Of a stretch of 64,000 nt of DNA, positions 45,889-57,052 are shown piece after piece. The stretch comes from a virus (taxonomy: Duplodnaviria; Caudoviricetes). Every line of letters starts with the position of its first letter. The stretch's first letter is position 1. A model generated the notes under the pieces. The model had not been told where the DNA came from, searched no databases, and was given only the letters and a program-made list of their open reading frames with translations. The stretch spans positions 88,373 through 152,372 of the IMG/VR virus record IMGVR_UViG_641201351_000001, one strand, 5' to 3'. A program made the translations under genes and the position numbers.

Positions 45889-47992
45889 GTTAAAGATAAA
45901 CACCGAACTAGGAACTTTTGAGGGGATAGACACAAAGGAAGTTTATTTGCCGATTTTTAACATAATTGATGAAGATAATCCTTATCAGGAACTTGAACTT
46001 TTAATTGAAACTACTGAACCGCAAAGTTTAGATTATATATACCCCCACACATCGTTATTAATGTTTAATATTTCTCCTTCCATAACTTTGGAAAACGACT
46101 TCTCTCCATTAACATTAGAAGTTTCAATTCAAAACTCAGAAAACCTTCTCGTTATTAACGACAAAAGAGCGTTTGATGGGTATAGTGTTGTTGGAGTAAT
46201 CTTTTCGTCTGATTACGATTTAATTGTAAACTTTGAAAATTCTGACATCTTAAGAAGAAAATTTATTCTTGTTCCATATAAGTTATCAGCAAATAGCGTT
46301 TACTCAATAAAAATAAAAATCTACAGAAGCACAGAAGAAGCTCAAGCTTCAATTATAAGAAACAAATTTTACAGATATGAAAAAATTATATACGACTTTT
46401 CAAAATCCTACTCTGGTGCTCTGGAAACAATAAATAATATATCTCTAGCAGAGTTTTACGAAACCTACGGAAGAGAAAGAAGTTTTTTGGTGATAAACAA
46501 AGAAGCCCTGCTTAATAAAGTTTTTTATCCCAAAGACTTTTTATATACGCATCTAGCAACAAACTCTACCATTGTTCTTGATGACGGCTCTTTAGATTCG
46601 TTTATTCTTAACTACGAAAAAAATTTTTTATCCGATTACAGAATTGAGGCAAGCGCTGCCTCAAAATTTCCTTATCTAAAATTCTCCAACACGATAAACA
46701 CATTAGTAGGAACCTATGAAAATATATCAATCAACACAGAAAACTATCTAAAAGAAGTTTCTAACCTTGTTTTTGCGGAAATTTTAAAACCTTATATTCT
46801 CAACTCTGGATTTTTCCCAATAAATACTGAACATAACATAAAATTATTAGCAAGTTTCTTGGAAAGAATTCTTCAACAACTTATTACATTAACTACCGTT
46901 AAAGAAACAATAGTAAACTATACGATTTTTTCTGGAGATTTGTTGCCGCAAGAAAAACAAAAACTTTGGTTTTCTATTTTATATCTTGAGTCGGTTTTCT
47001 TTATAGACTTCGTAAACAGCCTTTTGCATAAAGGATATATAAGCCAAATACCAACAGAGGTTTTGTCTTTAAAGGATGTTCTAGATTCTTATTTTCATAC
47101 CTTTTTAGATTTTTCTTACTTTTTGAATAACCTAAGCCTAATAGAAAAAGATACTTTAGATACAGATTTTATAATGTCTTTGTTCTTTATTGTTTATTTG
47201 TATCATTTATCAGGAAAAAATATATTTTTCTCTGGCTCATCGTTAGTTAAATATTTGGAAATTTTTTACGATTATTATATGAAAGTTTCAGAATCATTGT
47301 TTTTTGTAATAACAAATCTAAATCCAAATAGATTCATAAACGACTCATTAGTTTCCATAAAAACAGTATCAAACAAAGCTTTGTTGTTGTCTTTATATTC
47401 GTCTTTGTTTGGTAGAGAAGAATTCTATATAGACCTACTAAATAGACTAAGCGCCTATGGTGCAAGCAATATAAATATCGAAGAAAACACAGAATACTAT
47501 ACAATTTCAATAGAACTTTCTTCTTTATCCTCTGGAACAAGACAGACCTTGTATGGCTCAAATACCGTTGTTTTATATCCAGGAATCGGAAATGACGAAA
47601 ATTTTTATGGTAAAAATGTTGTTTTAGCAAACCCATCTCTCAACGAATATTACATATTCTTGCCCTTCTCTATTTTTTCTACAGAAATAAAAGGAAACAA
47701 ACTGATTTTAAAGGTTAGTAAAAGAAACTACATAGTTAATGAAGAACAAAAATTAGTTCCAAGGTTTATTACACTAGATCTTTCTGCAAATATGATAAAT
47801 TTATACACAAAAATAAATGCGCTAATTATAGATAACAACTACTTTATTTCTAGTGGAGGAAATAATCAAATTGAGGCTATCGCAAATACATTTGTTTATG
47901 AATATTTGAAATTCTTACTTTCTGGAAATTTAAACAACAAAGTTTCTCAAAACACAACAAATATAAAAATTATTTTGACAAACACCTTTTGA
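45881..47992 (+). CDS. large hypothetical virion-region protein
   Basis: 703-aa ORF coupled to the upstream gene. Confidence 0.7.
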   Translation: MYKLKINTELGTFEGIDTKEVYLPIFNIIDEDNPYQELELLIETTEPQSLDYIYPHTSLLMFNISPSITLENDFSPLTLEVSIQNSENLLVINDKRAFDGYSVVGVIFSSDYDLIVNFENSDILRRKFILVPYKLSANSVYSIKIKIYRSTEEAQASIIRNKFYRYEKIIYDFSKSYSGALETINNISLAEFYETYGRERSFLVINKEALLNKVFYPKDFLYTHLATNSTIVLDDGSLDSFILNYEKNFLSDYRIEASAASKFPYLKFSNTINTLVGTYENISINTENYLKEVSNLVFAEILKPYILNSGFFPINTEHNIKLLASFLERILQQLITLTTVKETIVNYTIFSGDLLPQEKQKLWFSILYLESVFFIDFVNSLLHKGYISQIPTEVLSLKDVLDSYFHTFLDFSYFLNNLSLIEKDTLDTDFIMSLFFIVYLYHLSGKNIFFSGSSLVKYLEIFYDYYMKVSESLFFVITNLNPNRFINDSLVSIKTVSNKALLLSLYSSLFGREEFYIDLLNRLSAYGASNINIEENTEYYTISIELSSLSSGTRQTLYGSNTVVLYPGIGNDENFYGKNVVLANPSLNEYYIFLPFSIFSTEIKGNKLILKVSKRNYIVNEEQKLVPRFITLDLSANMINLYTKINALIIDNNYFISSGGNNQIEAIANTFVYEYLKFLLSGNLNNKVSQNTTNIKIILTNTF

Positions 47993-48015
47993 AAAGTTTA
48001 TATTAAAATGTAGCT

Positions 48016-48915
48016 ATGGCCGAAAGAACTTTTAAGCTACATTATCCACAAAATACGCTAATAGATCCGATGGGATCAATTATCATTAACGTAAACACAA
48101 CAGTAAACCCGCAATTCGAATGGGCATATATAAATTCTTTAAACGGCGTTGGTCCAGTTGACCCCTCAAAAGAAGTAAATATTTCCTTATTAGGTTTTAA
48201 AGATACAACATCCTACAAAATAAGGTACTTAGAAAACATAACTAGACACAACAACACATCACTAACCGTAGGTTCAGCGGCTTGTTTAACAAGTCCAGAT
48301 GCTGTATCTTGTCAGGGTTATGGTCCTTATATAGTTTTCGGTAAGCGGTATTATATAGATTTTATCGTTTTGTATTTTGTAAACAGAAGCGTAGTACCGC
48401 AAGGGGGCAATGAAGCCGATTATTATTTATCTAGCCCAATATTTTCAGTAGATACTTCTAGATGTACACCAGATTACGGAATCTTTATTGCTTCACCAAA
48501 ACCCAAAACACCAACCAATAGCTCTGATCCATACGTAGAAGCAACAGCTGGTACTGGTGATAGAAAAATGTTTACTACACTACCTTCTTATACTAATGAA
48601 CTAGGATTTTTTAATCAAAGTATAAAATACAGAATAACCGCTTTAACAAGCACAAATTCCAATAGCTATATGGATGATGTTTTGTTAACTCCAGGAAATA
48701 TTGTGCAAGCGTTGCAAAATACAATTAATTATGGACAAACTAGCATTGTGTCTGTAAAAGAAGACAATACACCAATAGTGTTAAGGCCTCAAGCTAGCAA
48801 CGCTCCCTTATTTAACCCTCAATCATATTTACCTTTTATCTTGTTCAGATATATAAGTGTAGATGCCCCAACAAAAAGAGTATTTCTTTCCTTCTCTTTT
48901 GCTCCTAACGCATAG
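48016..48915 (+). CDS. putative structural protein, leaderless
   Basis: TAAAAT 7 nt before ATG. Confidence 0.7.
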   Translation: MAERTFKLHYPQNTLIDPMGSIIINVNTTVNPQFEWAYINSLNGVGPVDPSKEVNISLLGFKDTTSYKIRYLENITRHNNTSLTVGSAACLTSPDAVSCQGYGPYIVFGKRYYIDFIVLYFVNRSVVPQGGNEADYYLSSPIFSVDTSRCTPDYGIFIASPKPKTPTNSSDPYVEATAGTGDRKMFTTLPSYTNELGFFNQSIKYRITALTSTNSNSYMDDVLLTPGNIVQALQNTINYGQTSIVSVKEDNTPIVLRPQASNAPLFNPQSYLPFILFRYISVDAPTKRVFLSFSFAPNA

Positions 48916-48921
48916 ACAATT

Positions 48922-49272
48922 ATGAACACCATCTACATAGATTTTATAAACAGATTCTTTCCCTCTATTGATTTTAGAGGTGCGGTAAACATACTTAATT
49001 CTGATTTCCCCGATGGAAATTTAGCGGTTTACAACATAATAAATAGAGAGTATCCAACAATTAGAGATTGTAATAGAACTCCAACAATGATCTTTCATGG
49101 AAACAACGAGCAAATAAATTTTAGAATTTCATATGGAATTGTTGTTTCTTCTACAAAAGAAATAAATGTTAGTGCAGAAGGAATGATTGATGATAAGCAA
49201 CTAATAAAGAAGCTTTTTGATAATTTGCCTAACTATTTTGCCTCTTTGGAGGAACAAGAGGATGAAAATTAG
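48922..49272 (+). CDS. hypothetical protein
   Basis: 116-aa ORF in operon. Confidence 0.7.
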   Translation: MNTIYIDFINRFFPSIDFRGAVNILNSDFPDGNLAVYNIINREYPTIRDCNRTPTMIFHGNNEQINFRISYGIVVSSTKEINVSAEGMIDDKQLIKKLFDNLPNYFASLEEQEDEN

Positions 49273-50125
49273 CAATATATTGATTGACAATAACAAAACT
49301 TTTCCTATAGTAATTTCTCCAGAAGTAAATAATGTTGAAGAAATGAGAAATAAATACTATTTTTATGGACTAAATAAGTATTTTGGTGTGTTACCAATTT
49401 CCCTTTATAATGAAAAAGGACTTACTTCACTATTTGAGTTTCTTTCAAACACTTCGAAAACTTTAGTAGATTTAGCATATTCTTTGGATGAATTAGAAAG
49501 CAAATATTTTAAAAGTTCAAAAATAACAAAGGGAGTTATTGAAGAAACAAGAAGATTTTTTTATCCAGTATATAACGATGATGTGTTTTCTATAAAACCA
49601 GAGCTTTGGGACACGCTGTATAAGTTTTTATACCTGTTTTACAAATCTGTTTTATATGACGGCCTAAGGATATACATGTCTTACACTTTGACAAAAGTAA
49701 ACAAGTTCTTTTCGTTTTCAATATTAAAAACAGAATGTTCTAACAGTAGTGAAGTAGAAATTAAATCCTTTTTTGAAAAAATAAGAAGAGCCTTTTATAA
49801 AACTATAACACCAGATACAAATGATGCCTTAAGAAGTTATCTTCTTTCTTTGACATCGGACGCTTTTTATATAGAAGATCCTATTTTGCCCAACAAGGAA
49901 ACAGACTTAAACTTTTATGACGCTTATACAAATGCATTGAGGGGAGCTACGATAAAACAGCTAAAATTAGAAGAACTTTACCAAAGCTTTAACCAAGAGT
50001 TTGATTCGTTTTATAGAGGAAAGTTATCTGAGATTTTTTCCCAAAATAATATTTTTTACCAAGAACTTGTTAGTATTGTAGGAGGAAGTTTAGCAGATGA
50101 ATACCTTAAGTTCCTCATCTCCTAA
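49262..50125 (+). CDS. hypothetical protein
   Basis: start re-set to ATG 49262 after GGAGGA. Confidence 0.7.
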   Translation: MKISNILIDNNKTFPIVISPEVNNVEEMRNKYYFYGLNKYFGVLPISLYNEKGLTSLFEFLSNTSKTLVDLAYSLDELESKYFKSSKITKGVIEETRRFFYPVYNDDVFSIKPELWDTLYKFLYLFYKSVLYDGLRIYMSYTLTKVNKFFSFSILKTECSNSSEVEIKSFFEKIRRAFYKTITPDTNDALRSYLLSLTSDAFYIEDPILPNKETDLNFYDAYTNALRGATIKQLKLEELYQSFNQEFDSFYRGKLSEIFSQNNIFYQELVSIVGGSLADEYLKFLIS

Positions 50126-50897
50126 GTTAATATTTAGTCCTCCTATACCGGGCACTTCAAAGCCTGAAGAAAAACAATTATCTTTTAGTCCTGAGCAGGT
50201 ATCAATAAAAGAAAGGGCCTCGCTAAAGGAATTTAACAACACCAAGCTTACAGCTAAAGATGTTACACAAGCCTTTATACTTTATTGGGAACCATATTAC
50301 ACAAACGGCTTTATTAACATTCCTTACCGTGATGTATATGCGAAATTTCTAAGAGAATACGGAAACAACATAGAACCAGAAATAGTTTACAGATATCGTG
50401 GGCTGGATGTCCTCTTAATGAATGAAACAGATTTCAACAACTTTGAAAACAATGAAATAGCTGTGTATTTGCCAATTTCAGTAGGAAGATATTTGGTATT
50501 AGAGAAGTTTGAGCTTCCTAGGACAATAATAAGCGCACAAAAAGTTTCCCAAGAAGGAAAATTTGTTTCTGTGTTTACAGAAAACTTTCCCAGATTTTCA
50601 ATGACACTAAAAGCTGTAATCTTTGGTAGCGTGCATATAAAGGCAAAGCAGTTTTTTGATATCGTAATAAAACATATTTCAAACAACAAGCCCGGTAGAT
50701 TGATTCTTTATGATATATTTGGAAATGTAAAGATATCTCAAGCTGACATTTTTCTAACTTTGCAGTATAACAAAACACCTTTTTATCGCCTTTTACCTAC
50801 AAACGTTTCTTATTCAAGAACTTCATCTGAAAACACATACTTAAACATAGAGATTACTGGTACAGTATTAGAAATACACAATGAAAGATATGTTTAG
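50097..50897 (+). CDS. hypothetical tail/baseplate protein, possibly tube-initiator-like
   Basis: AGGAGG SD; precedes hub-like gene. Confidence 0.55.
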   Translation: MNTLSSSSPKLIFSPPIPGTSKPEEKQLSFSPEQVSIKERASLKEFNNTKLTAKDVTQAFILYWEPYYTNGFINIPYRDVYAKFLREYGNNIEPEIVYRYRGLDVLLMNETDFNNFENNEIAVYLPISVGRYLVLEKFELPRTIISAQKVSQEGKFVSVFTENFPRFSMTLKAVIFGSVHIKAKQFFDIVIKHISNNKPGRLILYDIFGNVKISQADIFLTLQYNKTPFYRLLPTNVSYSRTSSENTYLNIEITGTVLEIHNERYV

Positions 50898-53800
50898 TTC
50901 AGAAACTTTTAGAACATATGCAGTTGTAGTAATTGAATCTCTTTGGCCTTCTAGGGAAGATTATAGAGGAGAAGGAGAAAATATAGTTTTTAGTAGCGGC
51001 GCTAAAAATTATGAATTACTGAAATTTTCTCCTCTTCAAAGCAAATATTCTGGTTATTACAAAATAATACCGTTAAATATTCTTAGCGTTAACACATCGT
51101 TTTCCAAGGAGGGTGGAAATTTTAATGTTTCGTTTACGGCTAACAATCTACTATTTCTATCAGATAGAGAACTTCCAGAAAGATTGAAAAAAATACTAGA
51201 ATCAACTTCAACCAGATTAGAAAACTTCCCTATAGACCAATTTCCCTTTTTAGAAAAGGTTTTAGTTGGAAATGACAAGTTAAGGGTTGGTTACATAACA
51301 AACTACAATGTTATATCTCAATTTATAAGAGAACTTGATACTGTTTCAATCTATTTGGTGAATATAAAAGAAAGTCTTTCAAACGATTTGCTTCCTTTAT
51401 ATATCGGGAAAAAACCTGGAAGAACAAAGCAATCTGAGGCGGCTCAATTAGTAGACAAAAAGAATGAAATTCTAATTTCTCTCGGTATATCAAAAAATGA
51501 ATTGGTTTTTTTAGATAGTGTATTGAGAAGTAAAGACTTTAAAAACATGTTATTTTACTACAGAAAGTTTAGTTATCCTCTCATAATTAATAGATTTTTC
51601 AAGGCGTTAAACATTCAACTGTTTTCTCTTAATTCTGAGTTTAGAAACAAAATTTATCAACAAGAATTGAATAATTCAGAAACAGAAGACATAGAAAATT
51701 TCATAAATTTGTTTGGGCGAACAATTTTTGATTACTACTTTAAAGATAGAAATGCTAGGGAACAGATTAAGTCTTGTATTGAATCTTATTATAAAGCGAA
51801 TTCTGTTTTAAGTAAACTAATTTCATGGACTGCCTTTGAAACTTTGCGATTAAAGCTAAATGAATCTTTAGGCGTTTCTCCAGGACTTTGCTTTTCTAGA
51901 AACTCAAAGGTAGAAGAAGAAAGAAAATTTAAAACAATACTGAACGCAATAATTATTGACAACTATTTGTATGAATATGCTAACAAAGTCTTAGGCTCCG
52001 AAAGCCAAGAAGAAATAGAGTTTGGTATAAACTTTATAAACAACATTCTTGGCAATAATTTGTTCAGCTTTGAAGATTACTTGTTAGGTATACACAGCCT
52101 TTTGTCTATATTCGTAAAAGATTTTAATAACACAGAATCAAATACGGAAGAAATAAAATTTGATGATATTCAAGAAGAGCTAACTATTAATAATTCCGGT
52201 GATGCGCTTAGCCTTGTCTTTAGGGGACACATAACAGACATTTCAAGAAGTGTATCAATTAGTGAAAATTCATCTGATATAGTTATTTCAATAAAAGGAA
52301 GGGATCTTGGTTATCCTTTAAGGAACCACGAAGTTTATGCAGATTATACTTCAATAAAGTTTGCGGCACAACCTCTAGAAAACTACTCGGTAAAAATTTT
52401 AACTCCAGTAGAAGCTGTAATAAAAATAATGAACTCTTTTGCCCCACAAAAAATAAACATTCTGGAACTAGACAGAGAAACCTTCTTAACATCCGTTATT
52501 TCTTCTAGGGGATTTGATACCTTCTATAACGCTGGTACACAAAATATATTGATAAATCAGGGAAATGTCGTTGCGCCGTCTTATGATGCCAAATTTGAAG
52601 AATTGTCAATTTTTACGCCAATACATTATGTTAGTTTAGATTTTATACAAATGGTAAAAAATGCCTTTGATACTGAAGGAATTCTTCAAAAATTTTTGGC
52701 GAATGTGAATGTTGATATTTCTGATGGGCCATTGTTTGATGTACTAAAAAGAGTTGTATCCTCAAACTCTGCATATAGGATTTATGTTGATCACCTAGGT
52801 TATTTAAAAATTGAGTATGAACCAGCACATATATCTTTTCCATTTTCACTAAGTCTTAATAGGGAAATAGACGACTACTACACATTCTCCATAGAACACT
52901 CTTCAAGCGAAAGTAATGTAACTACTTTCGTAGAAGTGATACCAAAATCATTTGGTACGAGCAGTCCAAGCTCTATGGGTATTGCATCGTTGTATGGGAG
53001 AAGCATACCTCCAACAATTCAAGAGCTTTATTCAACAGTAGAATACATAGATAGCAACAAAGATAAGTTTGTAGAATTTCTCGCTGAGGCAGTAAAGTTA
53101 TTGGATGGCAGCCTTAAGAATCACATTATAAAAAGAGATGGCGAATATGAAAGGGAGGTTTTTAACAACCTTACAAAGTTAAATACCTTTATAAATCAAC
53201 AAAACGATAACGATTTGCTTTCCGCCCTTAGGGGTCTTACTAAAAAGGAATCTGCACCTCAGCAAATATCTTCTGTAGATATAGTTAAAACAACCACCTA
53301 TAAGGAAGATTTTTGTACGGGGGAAAGAATAGCTAACACCTCTTATTCACTTCAAGAAACTACTAAAACTATACAAACACAAGTTGAAGTACCAATTAGT
53401 TTGTTTAAACCAGAAGTTCTATCAAATATATTCAATGTTGGAAGAATAGACGAAAAGTTCTTCTATACAAATGTAGACTACGAATACTATAAACTTTTTG
53501 GAAAATCTTTTGCTACATTAAACGAATATTATGCAGACAAAACTTCTCTATTAAGTGGTATATGTACAAAACTTAACGCTATAGCAAGAACAAAGTTTAA
53601 CCTATCCTCTTCTGCTAGTGTTTGCTTTGAAGAAAACTTAGATTTCTTGGCGAGTTTAATGGTTCTTGGCGCAAAATTTGAACTTTACGGAAAAACAGAT
53701 AAAGAAAACGCTACTTTAGGAAATTTAATTACAAACATAATTAACTCCATAAGAATCAAATCTTCTGAAAACGTCTTCAAGATTAACTTGTCGAAGGTTG

Positions 53801-54924
53801 ATGAGAATAAAAATCAAACAATAAGTTATCTTAAAGACTTTTACGCATATTTCATACCCTTTTCAGATATATCTAATGTTGTAAAAAACGAAAACAATAT
53901 ACTCAAAAATCTTTCACCAGACCTGTTTATATATGGTCTAAGGAGAAAAACTTTTTCTGACGCTTTTATATCTGTAGTGGACTCATTAAGAAATGAAGAA
54001 AGAATTTCTGCCAAGCGTGCTGAAATTATAAGGAAGTTAAATTCTAAGCCAATTAACACGGCGAAAGTTTCTGTTTTGGGACACAATTACTTTGTTGGAT
54101 ATACTACTCTACTGATAAACGAAAAATTACCTCCTTTAAATGATGCCTTTATTTCTCAGAAAACTTTAAACGACATAAACGATGATGCTAAATTTATCAA
54201 AGATAAGGAAAACCTAATTGTTTACATCAACGAAAAGGTTTTAACAAGAAGATTTTCAGAAATCTACAATAAATTATTGCCGCAAATACCTGGTTATAAT
54301 CCTCCTTCAAAGATTGATGAAGAAACAGTAATAAACTACTTTACAGAAGGTATTAAGTTTGTTTTAAGTTTTAACTATGAGTATGTGCCTTATCAATATT
54401 GGGTACCTCTTTGGGGAGTTTATACAAAAGAAAGCCTGGAAAACATAAACCTCGGAGATTATGTAAAAATTTTGCTTACTGAGCTTTTGTATCATTCCCC
54501 AGAAAAACAACAAGATTCTTCTGAATACTCTGACCTGTTATTCAGGTTTATATCAAACAACCAACAATATATGCACATATATCAAGAATATGTAAAGCCG
54601 CAAAATTACTTAGTAGCCCAAGGACATATAGAAAATGTTGAGCACTCTTGGTCTTTAGGAAGTGTATACACAACAAGTGTCGGGCTTAACTATTTACTTC
54701 CAGCTATTTATACATATCTTCCGCTAGGAAAAAAGAAAATAATTATAGGATATGTAGTTATAGACTCTCCTCTTTCCAAGTTCAACGAATCTGGTCAGTA
54801 TAACAAGTTCTTGAAAGATGAGGAGTTTTTCAAGTACTTTAGACTTTTGAAACGACTGTATTTAAACTTCTATGAAAATGAATTAAATTTCGTAAGAAAT
54901 AATGCAATACTGAGTTTGCTATAA
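50881..54924 (+). CDS. large baseplate hub-like protein
   Basis: 1347 aa; VFRGHITDISRS..ISIKGRD and GHIENVEHSW...TTSVGL segments typical of gp27/hub folds. Confidence 0.55.
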   Translation: MKDMFSSETFRTYAVVVIESLWPSREDYRGEGENIVFSSGAKNYELLKFSPLQSKYSGYYKIIPLNILSVNTSFSKEGGNFNVSFTANNLLFLSDRELPERLKKILESTSTRLENFPIDQFPFLEKVLVGNDKLRVGYITNYNVISQFIRELDTVSIYLVNIKESLSNDLLPLYIGKKPGRTKQSEAAQLVDKKNEILISLGISKNELVFLDSVLRSKDFKNMLFYYRKFSYPLIINRFFKALNIQLFSLNSEFRNKIYQQELNNSETEDIENFINLFGRTIFDYYFKDRNAREQIKSCIESYYKANSVLSKLISWTAFETLRLKLNESLGVSPGLCFSRNSKVEEERKFKTILNAIIIDNYLYEYANKVLGSESQEEIEFGINFINNILGNNLFSFEDYLLGIHSLLSIFVKDFNNTESNTEEIKFDDIQEELTINNSGDALSLVFRGHITDISRSVSISENSSDIVISIKGRDLGYPLRNHEVYADYTSIKFAAQPLENYSVKILTPVEAVIKIMNSFAPQKINILELDRETFLTSVISSRGFDTFYNAGTQNILINQGNVVAPSYDAKFEELSIFTPIHYVSLDFIQMVKNAFDTEGILQKFLANVNVDISDGPLFDVLKRVVSSNSAYRIYVDHLGYLKIEYEPAHISFPFSLSLNREIDDYYTFSIEHSSSESNVTTFVEVIPKSFGTSSPSSMGIASLYGRSIPPTIQELYSTVEYIDSNKDKFVEFLAEAVKLLDGSLKNHIIKRDGEYEREVFNNLTKLNTFINQQNDNDLLSALRGLTKKESAPQQISSVDIVKTTTYKEDFCTGERIANTSYSLQETTKTIQTQVEVPISLFKPEVLSNIFNVGRIDEKFFYTNVDYEYYKLFGKSFATLNEYYADKTSLLSGICTKLNAIARTKFNLSSSASVCFEENLDFLASLMVLGAKFELYGKTDKENATLGNLITNIINSIRIKSSENVFKINLSKVDENKNQTISYLKDFYAYFIPFSDISNVVKNENNILKNLSPDLFIYGLRRKTFSDAFISVVDSLRNEERISAKRAEIIRKLNSKPINTAKVSVLGHNYFVGYTTLLINEKLPPLNDAFISQKTLNDINDDAKFIKDKENLIVYINEKVLTRRFSEIYNKLLPQIPGYNPPSKIDEETVINYFTEGIKFVLSFNYEYVPYQYWVPLWGVYTKESLENINLGDYVKILLTELLYHSPEKQQDSSEYSDLLFRFISNNQQYMHIYQEYVKPQNYLVAQGHIENVEHSWSLGSVYTTSVGLNYLLPAIYTYLPLGKKKIIIGYVVIDSPLSKFNESGQYNKFLKDEEFFKYFRLLKRLYLNFYENELNFVRNNAILSLL

Positions 54925-54949
54925 GTTGTTGTGATAGAATAATGAGGAT

Positions 54950-55474
54950 ATGAGAGAAAAACACAAAACAATGTTGAACTTTGAAGAGGGCGTTCAAAGA
55001 AATGAATTTTCTTTTGGCGCTTATAAATTAGTCGTTAAAGTTCCAACTCTTTTTGAGGAGTCTAAAATTTTTCTTAAGAGGTTTGAGATTTTTAAAAAGT
55101 TTTTGAACGAGGATGAAGATTTTAGAAAATATTTTAGTGATGTAACTGTGAAGGAACTAAAGATAAATGATGAAGGCAAACCAGAAATAGTTGATGTTTC
55201 CTTTGATCCCAAAAAACAAGACCACATTGAACATGTATTTAATAATTACCTAGGAGAGGAATATAGGGAACTTATCAATAGATTAGCCTATCTTGATGTC
55301 GTTGTAGAAAAAATTTATAGAGGAGAGGAAGAGCTTAGTGGAAAGTTTTCTGATCTGTTCTTTTTTCAACCAACAAGTGGTATTCATTTAAGAGAGATAT
55401 TTAATCTCTCTGAGGAAATCATCAATTGGATCAACTCAGTAAACGAGGTTGACCCTTTTTTGTCAAAAAACTAA
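54950..55474 (+). CDS. tail assembly chaperone (gpG-like), short form
   Basis: acidic 174 aa; ends in slippery sequence; GAGGA SD. Confidence 0.6.
   Translation: MREKHKTMLNFEEGVQRNEFSFGAYKLVVKVPTLFEESKIFLKRFEIFKKFLNEDEDFRKYFSDVTVKELKINDEGKPEIVDVSFDPKKQDHIEHVFNNYLGEEYRELINRLAYLDVVVEKIYRGEEELSGKFSDLFFFQPTSGIHLREIFNLSEEIINWINSVNEVDPFLSKN
55453..55471 (+). other. programmed -1 ribosomal frameshift site
   Basis: in-frame X XXY YYZ heptamers C CCT TTT, T TTT TTG, A AAA AAC; -1 frame open 55453-55995. Confidence 0.75.
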
Positions 55475-55995
55475 TATCTGAAGATATTCAACTAAATGCT
55501 ATAATAAATGCTTACTTCTCTTCATTTTCAGTTCCAGCGATTGACTCTTCAATAAAGGCAGATATAAAATCCTTAGCAGAAGGAGGGGGTATTAGTCAGC
55601 CCCTATTTCTTCCCCTTCTAAAACCCTATGAAAAATATTTTCCTCTTAACACTCTAACGAAAGGAAAGCTAAATTTAATTCTTGGAATAGAATTTTACTT
55701 TGGAAGACAAAAAACTTTAGCATTATATCTTTTATCAACAAAAAACAAAAAACTCAAAGAATTAGTTGAAGCAGCGTCTAAGTTGAAGATTCTAAAAGAC
55801 AAAAGCCTTGGGCTCCACGAAGAAATAGCAGAAAAAGGTTTATCAAGACTAGATGAAATATTAACAGAAATTGAAAAACTAGACATAAAAGTAAAAACAC
55901 TTTTAGCAGAGGTTTCTTCTGACAAGTCTTTACAAAGCGAGTTGGGAGTTGGAGGAGAAGAATTGAAAACTATGATTGAAGAATTTATAGCCTAA
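55471..55995 (+). CDS. -1 frameshift extension of tail chaperone (gpT-like)
   Basis: stop-free frame with no ATG/GTG/TTG for about 104 codons before the 55783 TTG. Confidence 0.7.
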   Translation, partial: LISEDIQLNAIINAYFSSFSVPAIDSSIKADIKSLAEGGGISQPLFLPLLKPYEKYFPLNTLTKGKLNLILGIEFYFGRQKTLALYLLSTKNKKLKELVEAASKLKILKDKSLGLHEEIAEKGLSRLDEILTEIEKLDIKVKTLLAEVSSDKSLQSELGVGGEELKTMIEEFIA

Positions 55996-57052
55996 GATCA
56001 AACAATTCTTCTGTAAAAGAATTTTTGGCGAACTTTTTATTTACAGCGTCTATATAAAAGGTTCTAAAACCATCCTTTACGACAGACTCTTCGTATATTT
56101 CTATGTGTTCTTTCAATTTTTCTACAAATACACTATCAACTGATATGGTAACTATTTCGTTTTTAGTTTCATCTTTATTGTTCCTGGGTGAATATAGAAA
56201 CTTTATTCTATCAAGATATTTAGCAATAGAAGCTACATCTGAATCAACATTTAAATATTTTCCCCTACCAACCCTTTTATAGCCCAAAAGAAGAATTCCT
56301 AAATCAATACTTGAAATACTAGGAAATTCTTCGGATAAAAATTTAAAACTTTTGTATTTGGCCTCATATACCTTTCTTATGATCTTTTTCAGACTTTGTT
56401 GATCTTTGAAGTGTATTCCTTCAATTAAGTGAACTTTTATTCTAAACTTTATGTCAAATGCTGGACTATCTAAATCAAGCAAATCTAGCAGACTGTAATT
56501 TTTTATTTTATTCTTTTCTTTTCGTATAATCTTTTGTATTTTAGATGAAAACGGATACAATCTAAAATTGTAAAAGTTTTCCACATTATTTAACAAAATT
56601 TTTACTTCACTATACTCCTTACCTGGTGTTGGACTGAAACCAACACCTATGGAAAACGAAAATTCTGCACCATTTGAATTTAAGTAGTACTGCAAGTAAT
56701 TTTCTTTATTGCTTTTAACTTCTTCAAAAAGCCTAAGAAGATTTCTGTAACTAAATATGTCTTGTGCAAAATTCAAATTCTTGGTGGTTAGAGAAAAGAA
56801 CAACCTTCTCTTTATTGTTTCAAGAAACACATCAAATATATAGGGATATTGTGTTGGTTCTCCTCCACCAACTACTACCTCTAACACATCATTTTCATTA
56901 AGAAAATCTAGAACTTTTTTTATGTATTCAAAATCAGCATGTTTTCCAGTAATCTTAGAGTTTTGGTAGCAAAAAGTGCAACCATAATCACAATAGTCAG
57001 TTACTTTTAGGTCAACGCTTATTGCCTGGTTTTTGATGTTTTGCAGGTTCAT
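55985..57052 (-). CDS. radical SAM protein
   Basis: CDYGCTFC CxxxCxxC motif; GGGEPT; LTT. Confidence 0.9.
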   Translation of the reverse strand: MNLQNIKNQAISVDLKVTDYCDYGCTFCYQNSKITGKHADFEYIKKVLDFLNENDVLEVVVGGGEPTQYPYIFDVFLETIKRRLFFSLTTKNLNFAQDIFSYRNLLRLFEEVKSNKENYLQYYLNSNGAEFSFSIGVGFSPTPGKEYSEVKILLNNVENFYNFRLYPFSSKIQKIIRKEKNKIKNYSLLDLLDLDSPAFDIKFRIKVHLIEGIHFKDQQSLKKIIRKVYEAKYKSFKFLSEEFPSISSIDLGILLLGYKRVGRGKYLNVDSDVASIAKYLDRIKFLYSPRNNKDETKNEIVTISVDSVFVEKLKEHIEIYEESVVKDGFRTFYIDAVNKKFAKNSFTEELFDLRL

